A stretch of 64,000 nt of DNA from Alphaproteobacteria bacterium (GTDB lineage: Bacteria; Pseudomonadota; Alphaproteobacteria; RF32; CAG-239): the NCBI GenBank assembly GCA_900767645.1, contig CAAFZY010000040.1, positions 2,661-66,660 on the forward strand, read 5' to 3'. The notes beneath the pieces are model-generated. The model made no database searches, was not told the DNA's origin, and saw only the letters and a list, made by a program, of their open reading frames with translations. Below are positions 50,262-59,600 of this stretch, one piece after another. A program made the position numbers and the translations under genes. Numbering within the stretch: the first letter of the stretch is position 1; each line of letters starts with the position of its first letter.

Positions 50262-51881
50262 TTATGTTGTAACGTCAGCCTTGGTTTTGCCGGTACGCTT
50301 ACTGATTTCGGCAATATCAGAAGCAATTTGCGCAATCGGCTTTAACATTGCAAGCGGATCGGCATCAAGGTTTTGGGTTTCATAAGCTTCAAGATAAACA
50401 CGCAGAGTGGCGCCGTTGGTGCCGGTGCCGGATAAGCGGTAAACAATGCGCGAACCATCGGCAAAGCGTATGATTAAGCCGTTTTTAGTGGAACTGCCGT
50501 CAACGGGATCGTTATAAATGAACGGAGCAGCATCGGAAACCTTATAATTGCCGAAAGTTTTGCCGTTTAAGCTCGGTAATTTAGCTTCCAGATCAGCCAT
50601 AAGGTTATCGGCAACATTGGTGTCAATACCTTCATAGTCAAAGCGCAAATAATAACTGCGCCCGTATTTTTTCCAGAAATCGCGAGTTGTTTGCTCAACC
50701 GATTTTCCGGTGGTGGCAATAATGTTTAACCAGAACAACACTGCCCAAATGCCGTCTTTTTCACGGATATGGCTGGAGCCGGTGCCAAAACTTTCTTCAC
50801 CGCAGAAGGTAATGCGTTTGGAATCCATAAGGTTGCAAAAATATTTCCAACCGGTCGGAACTTCGTAATAACCGATATTTAAGGCTTTGGCCACACGCGA
50901 AACCGCCGTTGAAGTTGCGGCCGATTTGGCTACGCCGTAAATGCCGTCTTTGTAAGCCGGAATGTATTTATAATTATCGGTCAAAATAGCAAGGCTGTCG
51001 CTCGGAGTAACAAAAAATTTGCGACCTAAAATCATATTGCGGTCGCCGTCGCCGTCATTGGCGGCGCCAAAATCGGGGCCGTTGTCCGAATACATAAAAT
51101 CAACCAGATTTTTAGCATAAATTAAATTCGGATCAGGGTGCAGACCGCCGAAGTCAGGCTTAGGAATAAAGTTGCGCACAGAGCCTTTTGGCGCGCCTAA
51201 AACTTCTTCAAAAATTTTAATGGCATAAGGGCCGGTAACGGCGTTCATGGCGTCAAACACCATGGTAAAGCCGCCGGCGAAAAGTTTTTTAATGGCGGCA
51301 AAGTCAAAAATGTTTTCCATCATTTCAGTGTAAATGCCAATCGGATCAATAACCTCAATTTCCATATCGCCCAATTTTTGCGTGCCTAAATTTTGCAGAT
51401 TGACGTCAGGTGCGTCAAAAATTTTGAAAGCTGAAATTTCTTTAGTGCGGGCGTAAATGGCGTCGCTGATTTTGGAAGAGCATTGTCCGCCGCTTTTGGT
51501 GGCGTATTTAATACCGAAGTCGCCGTTTTCACCCCCGGGGTTGTGCGATGCGGACAGAACCAAACCGCCGTCAGCGTGATTTTTTAATAAAACTTCAGAT
51601 GAGGCCGGAGTTGAAATCATACCGTTTTGACCGATAATTAATTTTTTCATACCGTTAGCGGCGGCAAGTTTGATAATTTTTTGAATGGCAATGTCGTTAT
51701 AATAGCGTCCGTCGCCGCCTAAAACAAAGGTTTGTCCTTTTACGCCGCCGATGGCGTCAAACAAGCTTTGAATAAAGTTTTCAATATAATTGGGCTGGGA
51801 AACGATTTTAGATTTTTTACGAATACCGGCCGTTCCCATTTTTTGGTCGGTATAAGGCGTTGTCGCAATAGTTTTTATCAT
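50262..51881 (-). CDS. pgm: Phosphoglucomutase (alpha-D-glucose-phosphate-specific)
   Basis: 'GTAGIRKK' N-terminus, active-site 'SASHNPGGENG' phosphoserine loop, and Mg-binding 'DGDGDRN'. Confidence 0.9.
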   Translation of the reverse strand: MIKTIATTPYTDQKMGTAGIRKKSKIVSQPNYIENFIQSLFDAIGGVKGQTFVLGGDGRYYNDIAIQKIIKLAAANGMKKLIIGQNGMISTPASSEVLLKNHADGGLVLSASHNPGGENGDFGIKYATKSGGQCSSKISDAIYARTKEISAFKIFDAPDVNLQNLGTQKLGDMEIEVIDPIGIYTEMMENIFDFAAIKKLFAGGFTMVFDAMNAVTGPYAIKIFEEVLGAPKGSVRNFIPKPDFGGLHPDPNLIYAKNLVDFMYSDNGPDFGAANDGDGDRNMILGRKFFVTPSDSLAILTDNYKYIPAYKDGIYGVAKSAATSTAVSRVAKALNIGYYEVPTGWKYFCNLMDSKRITFCGEESFGTGSSHIREKDGIWAVLFWLNIIATTGKSVEQTTRDFWKKYGRSYYLRFDYEGIDTNVADNLMADLEAKLPSLNGKTFGNYKVSDAAPFIYNDPVDGSSTKNGLIIRFADGSRIVYRLSGTGTNGATLRVYLEAYETQNLDADPLAMLKPIAQIASDIAEISKRTGKTKADVTT

Positions 51882-51959
51882 ATTCCTATTCCTTTTAACG
51901 TTAATAATACCCTGATAGAAGATATAATGCCTTAAAAGATTTTACAGGTAAAGCAAAAT

Positions 51960-52631
51960 TTATTTGTTCTGCCATATAAAATCGGTAAGTTTTTTTAAAT
52001 TGCGGCGGGCGTATAAATCCGGTAAGTCAAACAAAGTTTTAAATTCAGGCAAATCTTTATCGGAAACAGTTACGCCTTGCAGAAAGCCTTTGCCGTATTC
52101 GTCGCGCCAATTAAGGTTGGGCGCAACGGAAAAGCCTGAAAATTTGCCGGCATTTTTAAGTTGTTGCAAGTTTTCAGGCGCGTAATCGTCGTTGGGGCAG
52201 ATAATCCAGCGAAAAGCATTTTGTCCGGCGGCGGCGCGCTTTTTTTTGGCTTCCCAAATCAGCGCGGCAAAAAGACTGTTTTGGGCGGTTAAATATTGCA
52301 ACGCATCTTTTCCGCGGAGCATAGTAAGCACAATATCCGCCGCTTGAAAATATTCGGCGTTCGGCGAATCTAAAATAATCGCGTCATACAGGCTGTTTAT
52401 TTCCGACAATATGCCTTTTTTTAAGGAATAATATTGCGGTATCGGCAAATTATAACGCTTGCTTAAATTAAGGGTATAGCGCTTGGCCACAAACATGGCA
52501 AGCGGGCTGTTATTAATATCGTCAAGCACGGCGGTTTTATAGTCTTTGGCCAGTATAACCGCCAGATGAGCCGATAGCATGGTTTTTCCGGTGCCGGTGT
52601 TGGGGCTGTTAATAACAATAACTTGTGCCAT
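51960..52631 (-). CDS. MipZ-like ParA/MinD-family protein with a degenerate Walker A
   Basis: 'SLFAALIWEAKKKRAAAGQNAFRWIICPN' and 'GFSVAPNLNWRDEYGKGFL' resemble the Caulobacter MipZ C-terminal half. The N-terminus has 'VINSPNTGTGKTM' in place of the deviant Walker A KGGxGKS/T. Confidence 0.5.
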   Translation of the reverse strand: MAQVIVINSPNTGTGKTMLSAHLAVILAKDYKTAVLDDINNSPLAMFVAKRYTLNLSKRYNLPIPQYYSLKKGILSEINSLYDAIILDSPNAEYFQAADIVLTMLRGKDALQYLTAQNSLFAALIWEAKKKRAAAGQNAFRWIICPNDDYAPENLQQLKNAGKFSGFSVAPNLNWRDEYGKGFLQGVTVSDKDLPEFKTLFDLPDLYARRNLKKLTDFIWQNK

Positions 52632-52633
52632 GA

Positions 52634-53809
52634 CTATTTTTGAGCGTAAGCAGAGTTAGGAGTATAAGAAGTTACCATACAAGCCTGATTACTGCGTTTT
52701 AAAACCGTGCAGGCGCGGGCGGCATCGGCTTTAGCCATGCCGATAAGCTTAGAGCGATAAACGGTTTTGCTTCCGGCGGCAACTTTTTCAATATGCAGTC
52801 CGCGAACGGCAAATTTGCCGGCAAGTTTGTTTTTTATTTTTTGACCATGAGCTTGCGCTTTGGCGTATGAGCCGAACGAGCCGATTTGAATTGCCCAATT
52901 TCCGCCTTTTGATGAGTTTGAGGCGTAAGATTTTGGAGCCGCTTTAGCTGTTTTGGTTTGCGGAGCGGCTTTATCGATTTCGGTATGCAGGCGGTTATAG
53001 TCAATTAAAGAAGAAAGCTCCATATTACCCAAAGCTTTATCCATCATGGCATAAACTTTTTTGTCGCGGTCGGCGGAAAAATCGTGTCCCATGGTAACGG
53101 CGATAACGCGATGATTTCCGCGGCGCGCCGAGGTTACAATATTGTAGCCTGAAGCGGCGGTGTAGCCGGTTTTAAGACCGTCGGCGCCGTCAAAATCTTT
53201 TAATAAGTCATTGTGAGATTTGTAGGTGCGGCCTTCATATTCAAACTGCGGAATGGAAAACCAAGAGTAATATTGCGGAAAGTGGTGATAAATGGCTGCC
53301 GCTAAAACGGCCATGTCGCGAGCAGTGGTTTTTTGCTGAGAATTCGGCAGTCCGGAGGCGTTTTTGAAAGTGGTATCTTTCATGCCGAGCTCATGAGCGG
53401 TTTTGGTCATTAAAACAGCAAAAGACCTTTCATCTTTGGCAAGCGACTCTCCTAAAACAGTGGCGCAATCGTTGGCGGATTTAATAATTGTGGCTAAAAT
53501 GGCGGTGCGCACATCAATGGTTTTACCGGCGATTAACCCGAGGCGGGAAGGTGAGCGATTAGCGGCATTGCGAGATACTTTTAAGTTGTCATCAAGGCTT
53601 AATGTGCCGTTTTCAAGCGCGTTGAAGGTTATGTATAATGTCATTAATTTGGTTAAAGAGGCGGGGTAACGCAGCGCATTGGCATTATCGGCGTATAAAA
53701 CGCTGCCGCTTTGGGCGTCAATCAAGATGGAAGAAGTTGTGGCATGGGTTTTAGCGGCGCAGAAACATAAAAGAGCCCAAACAACAAAAAATAACTTAAC
53801 GCATTTCAT
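52634..53809 (-). CDS. D-alanyl-D-alanine carboxypeptidase (PBP5/6 class) with C-terminal SPOR domain
   Basis: Signal peptide; 'SLTKLMT' (SxxK), 'SAN' region and 'KTGYT' (KTG). The C-terminal ~80 aa 'NWAIQIGSFGSYAKAQAH...' are SPOR-like. Confidence 0.8.
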   Translation of the reverse strand: MKCVKLFFVVWALLCFCAAKTHATTSSILIDAQSGSVLYADNANALRYPASLTKLMTLYITFNALENGTLSLDDNLKVSRNAANRSPSRLGLIAGKTIDVRTAILATIIKSANDCATVLGESLAKDERSFAVLMTKTAHELGMKDTTFKNASGLPNSQQKTTARDMAVLAAAIYHHFPQYYSWFSIPQFEYEGRTYKSHNDLLKDFDGADGLKTGYTAASGYNIVTSARRGNHRVIAVTMGHDFSADRDKKVYAMMDKALGNMELSSLIDYNRLHTEIDKAAPQTKTAKAAPKSYASNSSKGGNWAIQIGSFGSYAKAQAHGQKIKNKLAGKFAVRGLHIEKVAAGSKTVYRSKLIGMAKADAARACTVLKRSNQACMVTSYTPNSAYAQK

Positions 53810-53983
53810 AATTTTTTATCTCTTAACTTTAGTTGGTTGATTTGTTAGGTGTAAAATAAGGCTAAAAGTCAAACAAAGAGTTAATGAAAGTAATTTTTTA
53901 TAATGTTTTGATAAATTTTTGAAAGCGACAATAATTTTTATTGACTTTTGCGGTGAATGTTTGTAAAAGGAGCTAAAGTTTAT

Positions 53984-54060
53984 GGCGGACGTAGCTCAGT
54001 TGGTAGAGCCCCGGTTTGTGGTACCGGTTGTCGTCGGTTCGAGCCCGATCGTCCGCCCCA
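53984..54060 (+). tRNA. tRNA-His (anticodon GUG) with an encoded G-1
   Basis: Acceptor g-GCGGACG/CGTCCGC-C-CCA; D-arm AGCTCAGTTGGTAGAGC; anticodon arm CCGGT-TTGTGGT-ACCGG. The extra 5' G is the His identity element. Confidence 0.85.
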
Positions 54061-54068
54061 ATAACAAT

Positions 54069-54090
54069 CCGCCGCAAGGCGGTTTTTTTT
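54069..54090 (+). terminator. Terminator after tRNA-His
   Basis: ccgcc-gcaa-ggcgg hairpin followed by T8. Confidence 0.7.
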
Positions 54091-54287
54091 ATGCCAAAAG
54101 GTAGGAGCTTGAATTTTTTCTTGCAAGCAGGGTTAAAAAATGCTAGTTTAAGAATATAACCATCTAATTATGTCTATTATTCAAGCTTTCATATTTTTTT
54201 ATTCGGTTTTCCGGATAGAATTTTTATGTTTTGCTTAAATGTTTATTCATAAAGAAACCTGATGGAAAATAATTAAAAACTCACGAT

Positions 54288-54659
54288 ATGAAAGCAAAGA
54301 AGAAAAATCTCATCATCGGCATTATAGAAGCCGTTGCATCGTATGTGTTGGGGATGTTTGCGCTATGCGAGATATGGCAACAGAACATACCGGCATCAAA
54401 TTGGAAGTTTTTATTGCCGCTGGCGGTGGCGATTGTATTGATGTATATCGCCATCCAACGCATACCGCAATGGATTGCCCTGATAGGGTTCTCGGCGACG
54501 GCTTTGTTCTTGGTGTTCTCGGAAGGTGAGCCAGATAAAACGCCGGTTATGATTGCCGCCGTAATAGCGGTGTGTGCGTTTATAACCTATGCGCCGAATT
54601 ACAAAAAGTACGATGGTGAGGAAGAGGAAAAATCAGACCATGAAGATGAAAGCATTTAG
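54288..54659 (+). CDS. Hypothetical membrane protein (123 aa) with an acidic C-terminal tail
   Basis: Three to four transmembrane helices and a C-terminal 'DGEEEEKSDHEDESI'. The local G+C is visibly higher than its surroundings. It is followed by a strong terminator, ttcccttatgccgtttggtgtaagggaa plus a T-run, at 54676-54716. Confidence 0.4.
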   Translation: MKAKKKNLIIGIIEAVASYVLGMFALCEIWQQNIPASNWKFLLPLAVAIVLMYIAIQRIPQWIALIGFSATALFLVFSEGEPDKTPVMIAAVIAVCAFITYAPNYKKYDGEEEEKSDHEDESI

Positions 54660-55099
54660 GTCTGATAACAGAAAAAATTCCCTTATGCCGTTTGGTGTAA
54701 GGGAATTTTGTTTTTAAATAAAGCGTGAGTTTAAAAATAAAAAAGGGAGATACCTCACGGCAGCTCCCTTAAAAATTAAAACAATGGCGATCCACACGAA
54801 GTGCGATCGTAATGCAAAGATAAAGGAAATCAAATCCTTTCAAACAAGCTCGTTTCACAACGAACGTGTTCATCTTATATATATTATTATGGCAAAAGCT
54901 CCTTTAGACAAACAAACATGGGTTAATCTTGAAAAACAGCATGCAGGTTGCTAAGGAGATAAGTTATAAAGTAATTGCTTAAAAATTTGAAATTAAGCGG
55001 ACAATACGCCTGAAAAAACATTTTGTCAATAATTTTTTGTAAAAAATAGATTGAAAGAGCGTTTTAAACGCTTATCTAGCGGATATAAGGAGAAAAATT

Positions 55100-55702
55100 A
55101 TGCATAAATGTTTTTTACACGCGCTTGCCATGCGGCGCTCGATTTACGGCTTGGATAACAAAATTTCGCTTTCAGATAGCGAGTTGCGGGAAAATTTGGC
55201 AGAAGTTATTAAAAACACGCCGAGTGCTTACAATGCGCAATCAGCGCGAGTTGTGCTTTTGTTAAATGAACAGCACCAAAAATTATGGCAGATTGTACTT
55301 GAAAGTCTTTATCCGTTGGTGTTGCCGGAAAAACGAGCGGCGACCGAAAGCAAAATAAAAGATTCGTTTGCGGCGGGTTATGGCACAATTTTGTTTTTTG
55401 AAGATGCCAAAGCTTTGGAGTCGGTACAAAATAAGTTTCCGCTTTATAAAGATAATTTCAGCATTTGGGCAGAGCAGGCAAACGGTATGCTGCAATACGC
55501 GGTATGGATGATGTTGGCCGCGGCCGGAATCGGGGCGAGTTTGCAGCATTATAACCCGCTTATAGATGATAAAGTTAAACAAACATGGAATTTGCCGCTA
55601 TCTTGGCAGTTGAAGGCACAAATGCCGTTTGGAGGCATAAAAACTCCGCCGACTGATAAAACTTTTATGCCGATTGCGGAAAGATTGAAGGTTTTTGCCT
55701 GA
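55100..55702 (+). CDS. Nitroreductase-family protein (NAD(P)H-flavin oxidoreductase-like)
   Basis: N-terminal 'RRSIYGLDN' (the nitroreductase RRS motif) on a ~200-aa fold. Confidence 0.65.
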   Translation: MHKCFLHALAMRRSIYGLDNKISLSDSELRENLAEVIKNTPSAYNAQSARVVLLLNEQHQKLWQIVLESLYPLVLPEKRAATESKIKDSFAAGYGTILFFEDAKALESVQNKFPLYKDNFSIWAEQANGMLQYAVWMMLAAAGIGASLQHYNPLIDDKVKQTWNLPLSWQLKAQMPFGGIKTPPTDKTFMPIAERLKVFA

Positions 55703-55895
55703 AACAAGACAGAAAAATTTAAAAACTCCGGCAGTTTTTAATTAAATTTTTACTTCAGATGACTACAAATAAGCTTGATGTGTTGTATGTTACAGAAATG
55801 TGAACATTTTGCTATAATCGGCTGATTTGCTGGAACTTTTATGTTTTTTGTGCTACGATACAAAATATATTAAGCCAGTCTTGTGAGGTGAAATT

Positions 55896-56687
55896 ATGTA
55901 TTTATGGGTTGTATTAGCAACGTTTATTACGGTTTTGCTGTCATATAATTTGTCAGTAAGACCGGATATGGACAGAGCTTTTGCAGAAACAAAAGCAAGC
56001 GTTGTTATTGCCAAATTTAGGGCGTTGCATAACGGGGTTAAAGACTATTTAAATTCTCAAGCGCCTGAAAAAACAGGTCAGGCTCGTGTAACATATTATC
56101 CCGGTACCGGTGTAAATGTTTCAACACCGGAAGGTTCGCAAGCTTCATCTTTAACAGTTGATGACATCAGAAATTATTTGCCGGTCGGCTATATTAAGGC
56201 AGATGAAACCTTAGACGATATTGCCAACATTACCGGCGGCGGAAAAATTGTCAGTAAGGTTTTTTGCTTTGACGAGGGCGAAACCAATGTACAATGCACT
56301 TCCGGAGTTGACGGAAGCTGTTGCAGCAATGAATGTATTGCCGATGACGATTGTTCCAGTATATATGTTGTTTCGTTTACACAAATGCCCACAAGGTGGA
56401 TTAATAAAATTTCCAATATGCCGAATGCCGATATGATGGGCGCCCTAACCCATATGCGCGGTTATGGCAAAGATATCGGCTATACCGATATTAAAAACGG
56501 CAAAGTGATTTTGAGCGGCGGACAAGCCGTTCAGCATTATGACGAGTACGGCAATCCGGTTGGCGAACGAGCTTTTGAAAGTTTTGAAATTTTCGGAGCA
56601 ATTAAAAACGACGCTGATTTTCAGGATATGGGCTGTGACAAAGAAAATGTTCATTGCTTGTTTACAATACAACAAATTTACGGTTAG
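55896..56687 (+). CDS. Hypothetical Cys-rich protein with N-terminal membrane anchor, possibly pilin-like; first gene of a two-gene operon
   Basis: Good RBS gaggtg, and an in-frame stop 9 nt upstream fixes the start. The N-terminal ~20 hydrophobic residues are followed by an amphipathic helix resembling a pilin alpha1. The C-terminal region carries 12 Cys, including a 'CFDEGETNVQCTSGVDGSCCSNECIADDDCSS' cluster. Confidence 0.45.
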   Translation: MYLWVVLATFITVLLSYNLSVRPDMDRAFAETKASVVIAKFRALHNGVKDYLNSQAPEKTGQARVTYYPGTGVNVSTPEGSQASSLTVDDIRNYLPVGYIKADETLDDIANITGGGKIVSKVFCFDEGETNVQCTSGVDGSCCSNECIADDDCSSIYVVSFTQMPTRWINKISNMPNADMMGALTHMRGYGKDIGYTDIKNGKVILSGGQAVQHYDEYGNPVGERAFESFEIFGAIKNDADFQDMGCDKENVHCLFTIQQIYG

Positions 56688-56697
56688 GAGAAAACAA

Positions 56698-59600
56698 ATG
56701 AAAACGCAATATAAAAACTTTATCAGTAAAGTGAACCAGACCGGCAGCCTTATGATTGAGGCAATGGCAATGTTGGCGTTAATTTCATTAGTTACGCCTA
56801 CTTTGTATAAAAAGTCGGCTGAACGAACAACCGAATTGCAGGATATTAACACCGCAACGCATGTTCGCACCATTATGAAAGCGGTTGACAACTATGTTAC
56901 AGCCAACTATCAGAGCTTGCTTGAAGATCAGCTTCGTAACGACGGCGCCGTTTATGAAGTTGACCTTGAACACGGAGGAACAACCGGCGGCATTCATGAC
57001 TTTTTCCCATACGGCTATAAGTTTGATGATTTGAAAAACTTCGGTATGCCGAAAGTTATGTTAAAACGGCAAGGGTTATCAATTACCTCTTTTGTTCAGT
57101 TACCTAAAAAGTCAGATATCGGCGAAATGCGTGCCGCTCGTATTGCCTCAATGGTAGGCAGCAACGGCGGTTATGTTACCGACAGCAAAAACGCGCAAGG
57201 CGTGGGAGGTGTTTGGAGCTTAACGCAGGCCGATTTGGACGCCTTAGGGTTTGATACCAACAAGGGCTCGGTGGTTGTGGCGTCATCCGATGCTATTAAT
57301 TCGGCCTCTTCCGGCGCGCTTGAAAATGAAAAATATTTGCAAAGAACTCGTGTCGATTCGCAAGACCAGTTATGGCGCAACACAATGGTTACCGACCTTT
57401 ATATGGGCGGTGTTACCGGTGTTGACGATATGTATAAAATTTTGGGTGTCGATCAGTTGATTATGGGTAGCACCGACACGGTAAACAACACGGAAAGCTT
57501 AGTTTTAACCGAAGACGCGCAAGGCGGCGGATCGGCTTGGATGGCGGGCGCTTTGTCGGCCTTGAACAATGCCTTTAAGCTGGAAGGCGATGCCGATAAC
57601 CCGACACTTACATTTACCGGCAATTCCGGTACCATTATGTCGGCAGATACTGTATCTTTTGACTTATACCCGGGGTATAACGGCGCGGACGGAACCGTCG
57701 GGCTTGAAGTTGAGCCGTTCGGACAAACCGTTACCACTGATTATTCCACCACGGTAAAAAATGATTTAACCGCAACCGGCAATACGGCTGTGGCAACCGG
57801 CGGAGTTGCAAACACATTTAAAGCAGGTCCGGACGGTAGCTATATTACCGCTGAAAATGAAAAAGTTTCATTGCAGGGCGGACAATTGGAAGTTTTAGCC
57901 AATGGTGAAAACGGTGTTTCAACCACCAATATCAAAACCGCTAACACCAATTTAACCGGTAATGTTAAAGTTGGAGTGGGCGATGTGGCTCCGACCGTTG
58001 TTAATAATCCGCGGCTTAATGTTCAGGGCGATGCGTATGTTGCCAATAACTTAGAAGTGGGCAACACTTTATATACTCAAAAATTTAATGCCGCAGAGCT
58101 TCATGCCGGCGGTGACGCAGCCAACAGCGCCGATAATGAGCGTTGGTTGCATGCAACCCGTACCGGTGTTACGGTTACCAGTCCTGATACCAAAAACACT
58201 CGTTTAGTAATTTCAGCCGATGAAACCGGCTTATATAATCAGGACGGACGCGAAAGCACGGAAAGTTCGGCAGTGGTGTTAGGCGCAAGCGGCGCCAGCC
58301 TGCGGGCTAAACAAATGGCGGAAGTTTATACCACTGATACTGACGGTAATGTTAAATTGCAAGAAAACGCATTGATTATTGACGGTAAAACCACCGGCGA
58401 TAACAAAGCCGATATTACCGCCAACGCTAATGATATTAACTTTAACGCTGCTACCACTTCGGTAAATGACGGTATCTTTCAGGTTAGAGGGGCAACGGCG
58501 GATTCTAATCAGGAAAACAGCTTTTATGTAAATACGGAAAATAACGGCTTGGTTTTGGCGGAAGCCAACCGCACCACGATTAAACCGCGCGCTTTTCATA
58601 ATGGAGATAAACGTATCGGCGGTGCGTTTGATGTCCGCGACAGCGCCGATAGAAAGATTTTGAATGTTATGCCGAACGGTTTAGAAGGAGCAGTTGACGA
58701 AAACAAATATCCATACCCGATTGGTACGGTTGATATTGACAGCCAGTCATTCAGCTTATCGGATATGAGTGGTGTCGGACACCGCATTTTAGAAGTTGAT
58801 ATTGACAATTCTTTGTCACAAGCGACAGATGATAATAATTCTACCCGCGGGAGCGTTTATATCCGTCGCGGCGCGGTTGAATTAGAATCGCCGAGCGGCA
58901 CCGGATATGTGGCTGATGCCGGCGTTGGCTATATTGAAGCCGGACGTTTTGTGGCAAACACCAAGTTTGACGGCACGAAAATTGATGACCCGACAGATGC
59001 ATATTCAATAGACTACAATAACGATAGATGGGGAGTAGGTGCATCTGATGGTGCTTATGACCGCTATATGGTTAATCCTGCGTATACTTCGGTTATGCAT
59101 GATATTAAGCTCACCACCCGCGGCGGCGCGCGTTTGAGCGATATTTTGCCTGACTTTATCAATAAAGGTATTTATGTTGTAAATAATACTTACGTTGATA
59201 CCGGCTTTAGTTTGGATAGTATTGTTGCCACAGGAACTGAAGGGGGTAGAATTACGGTTTCAGCTAATGCCGAGGTTAAAGATATTGACACCATACAAGG
59301 CAGTATCGGCGGTAAAAACTTATGGGCTTCGCCGTTTATGGGCGTGGTTCCGGCGCCGATATGTCCTCCGGGGCATGCCCGCGTGATTACCATTACGCCG
59401 GCCGGCTTTTTAATGTCGCAAGCCGGACAAATGGTTAAAGAAGAACACTATGTCGGGGATAAGCGTTTTGTTGTTGATGAAACCAAAGAATTAAATAAGC
59501 TCGGTGATGTTAATTTGCCGGATAATGAAACCACAATTACCGGTGCGTATTCTACCAGCACATCAATCGCCGACGCTGCCGGCAACAGCCGCCAAATATA

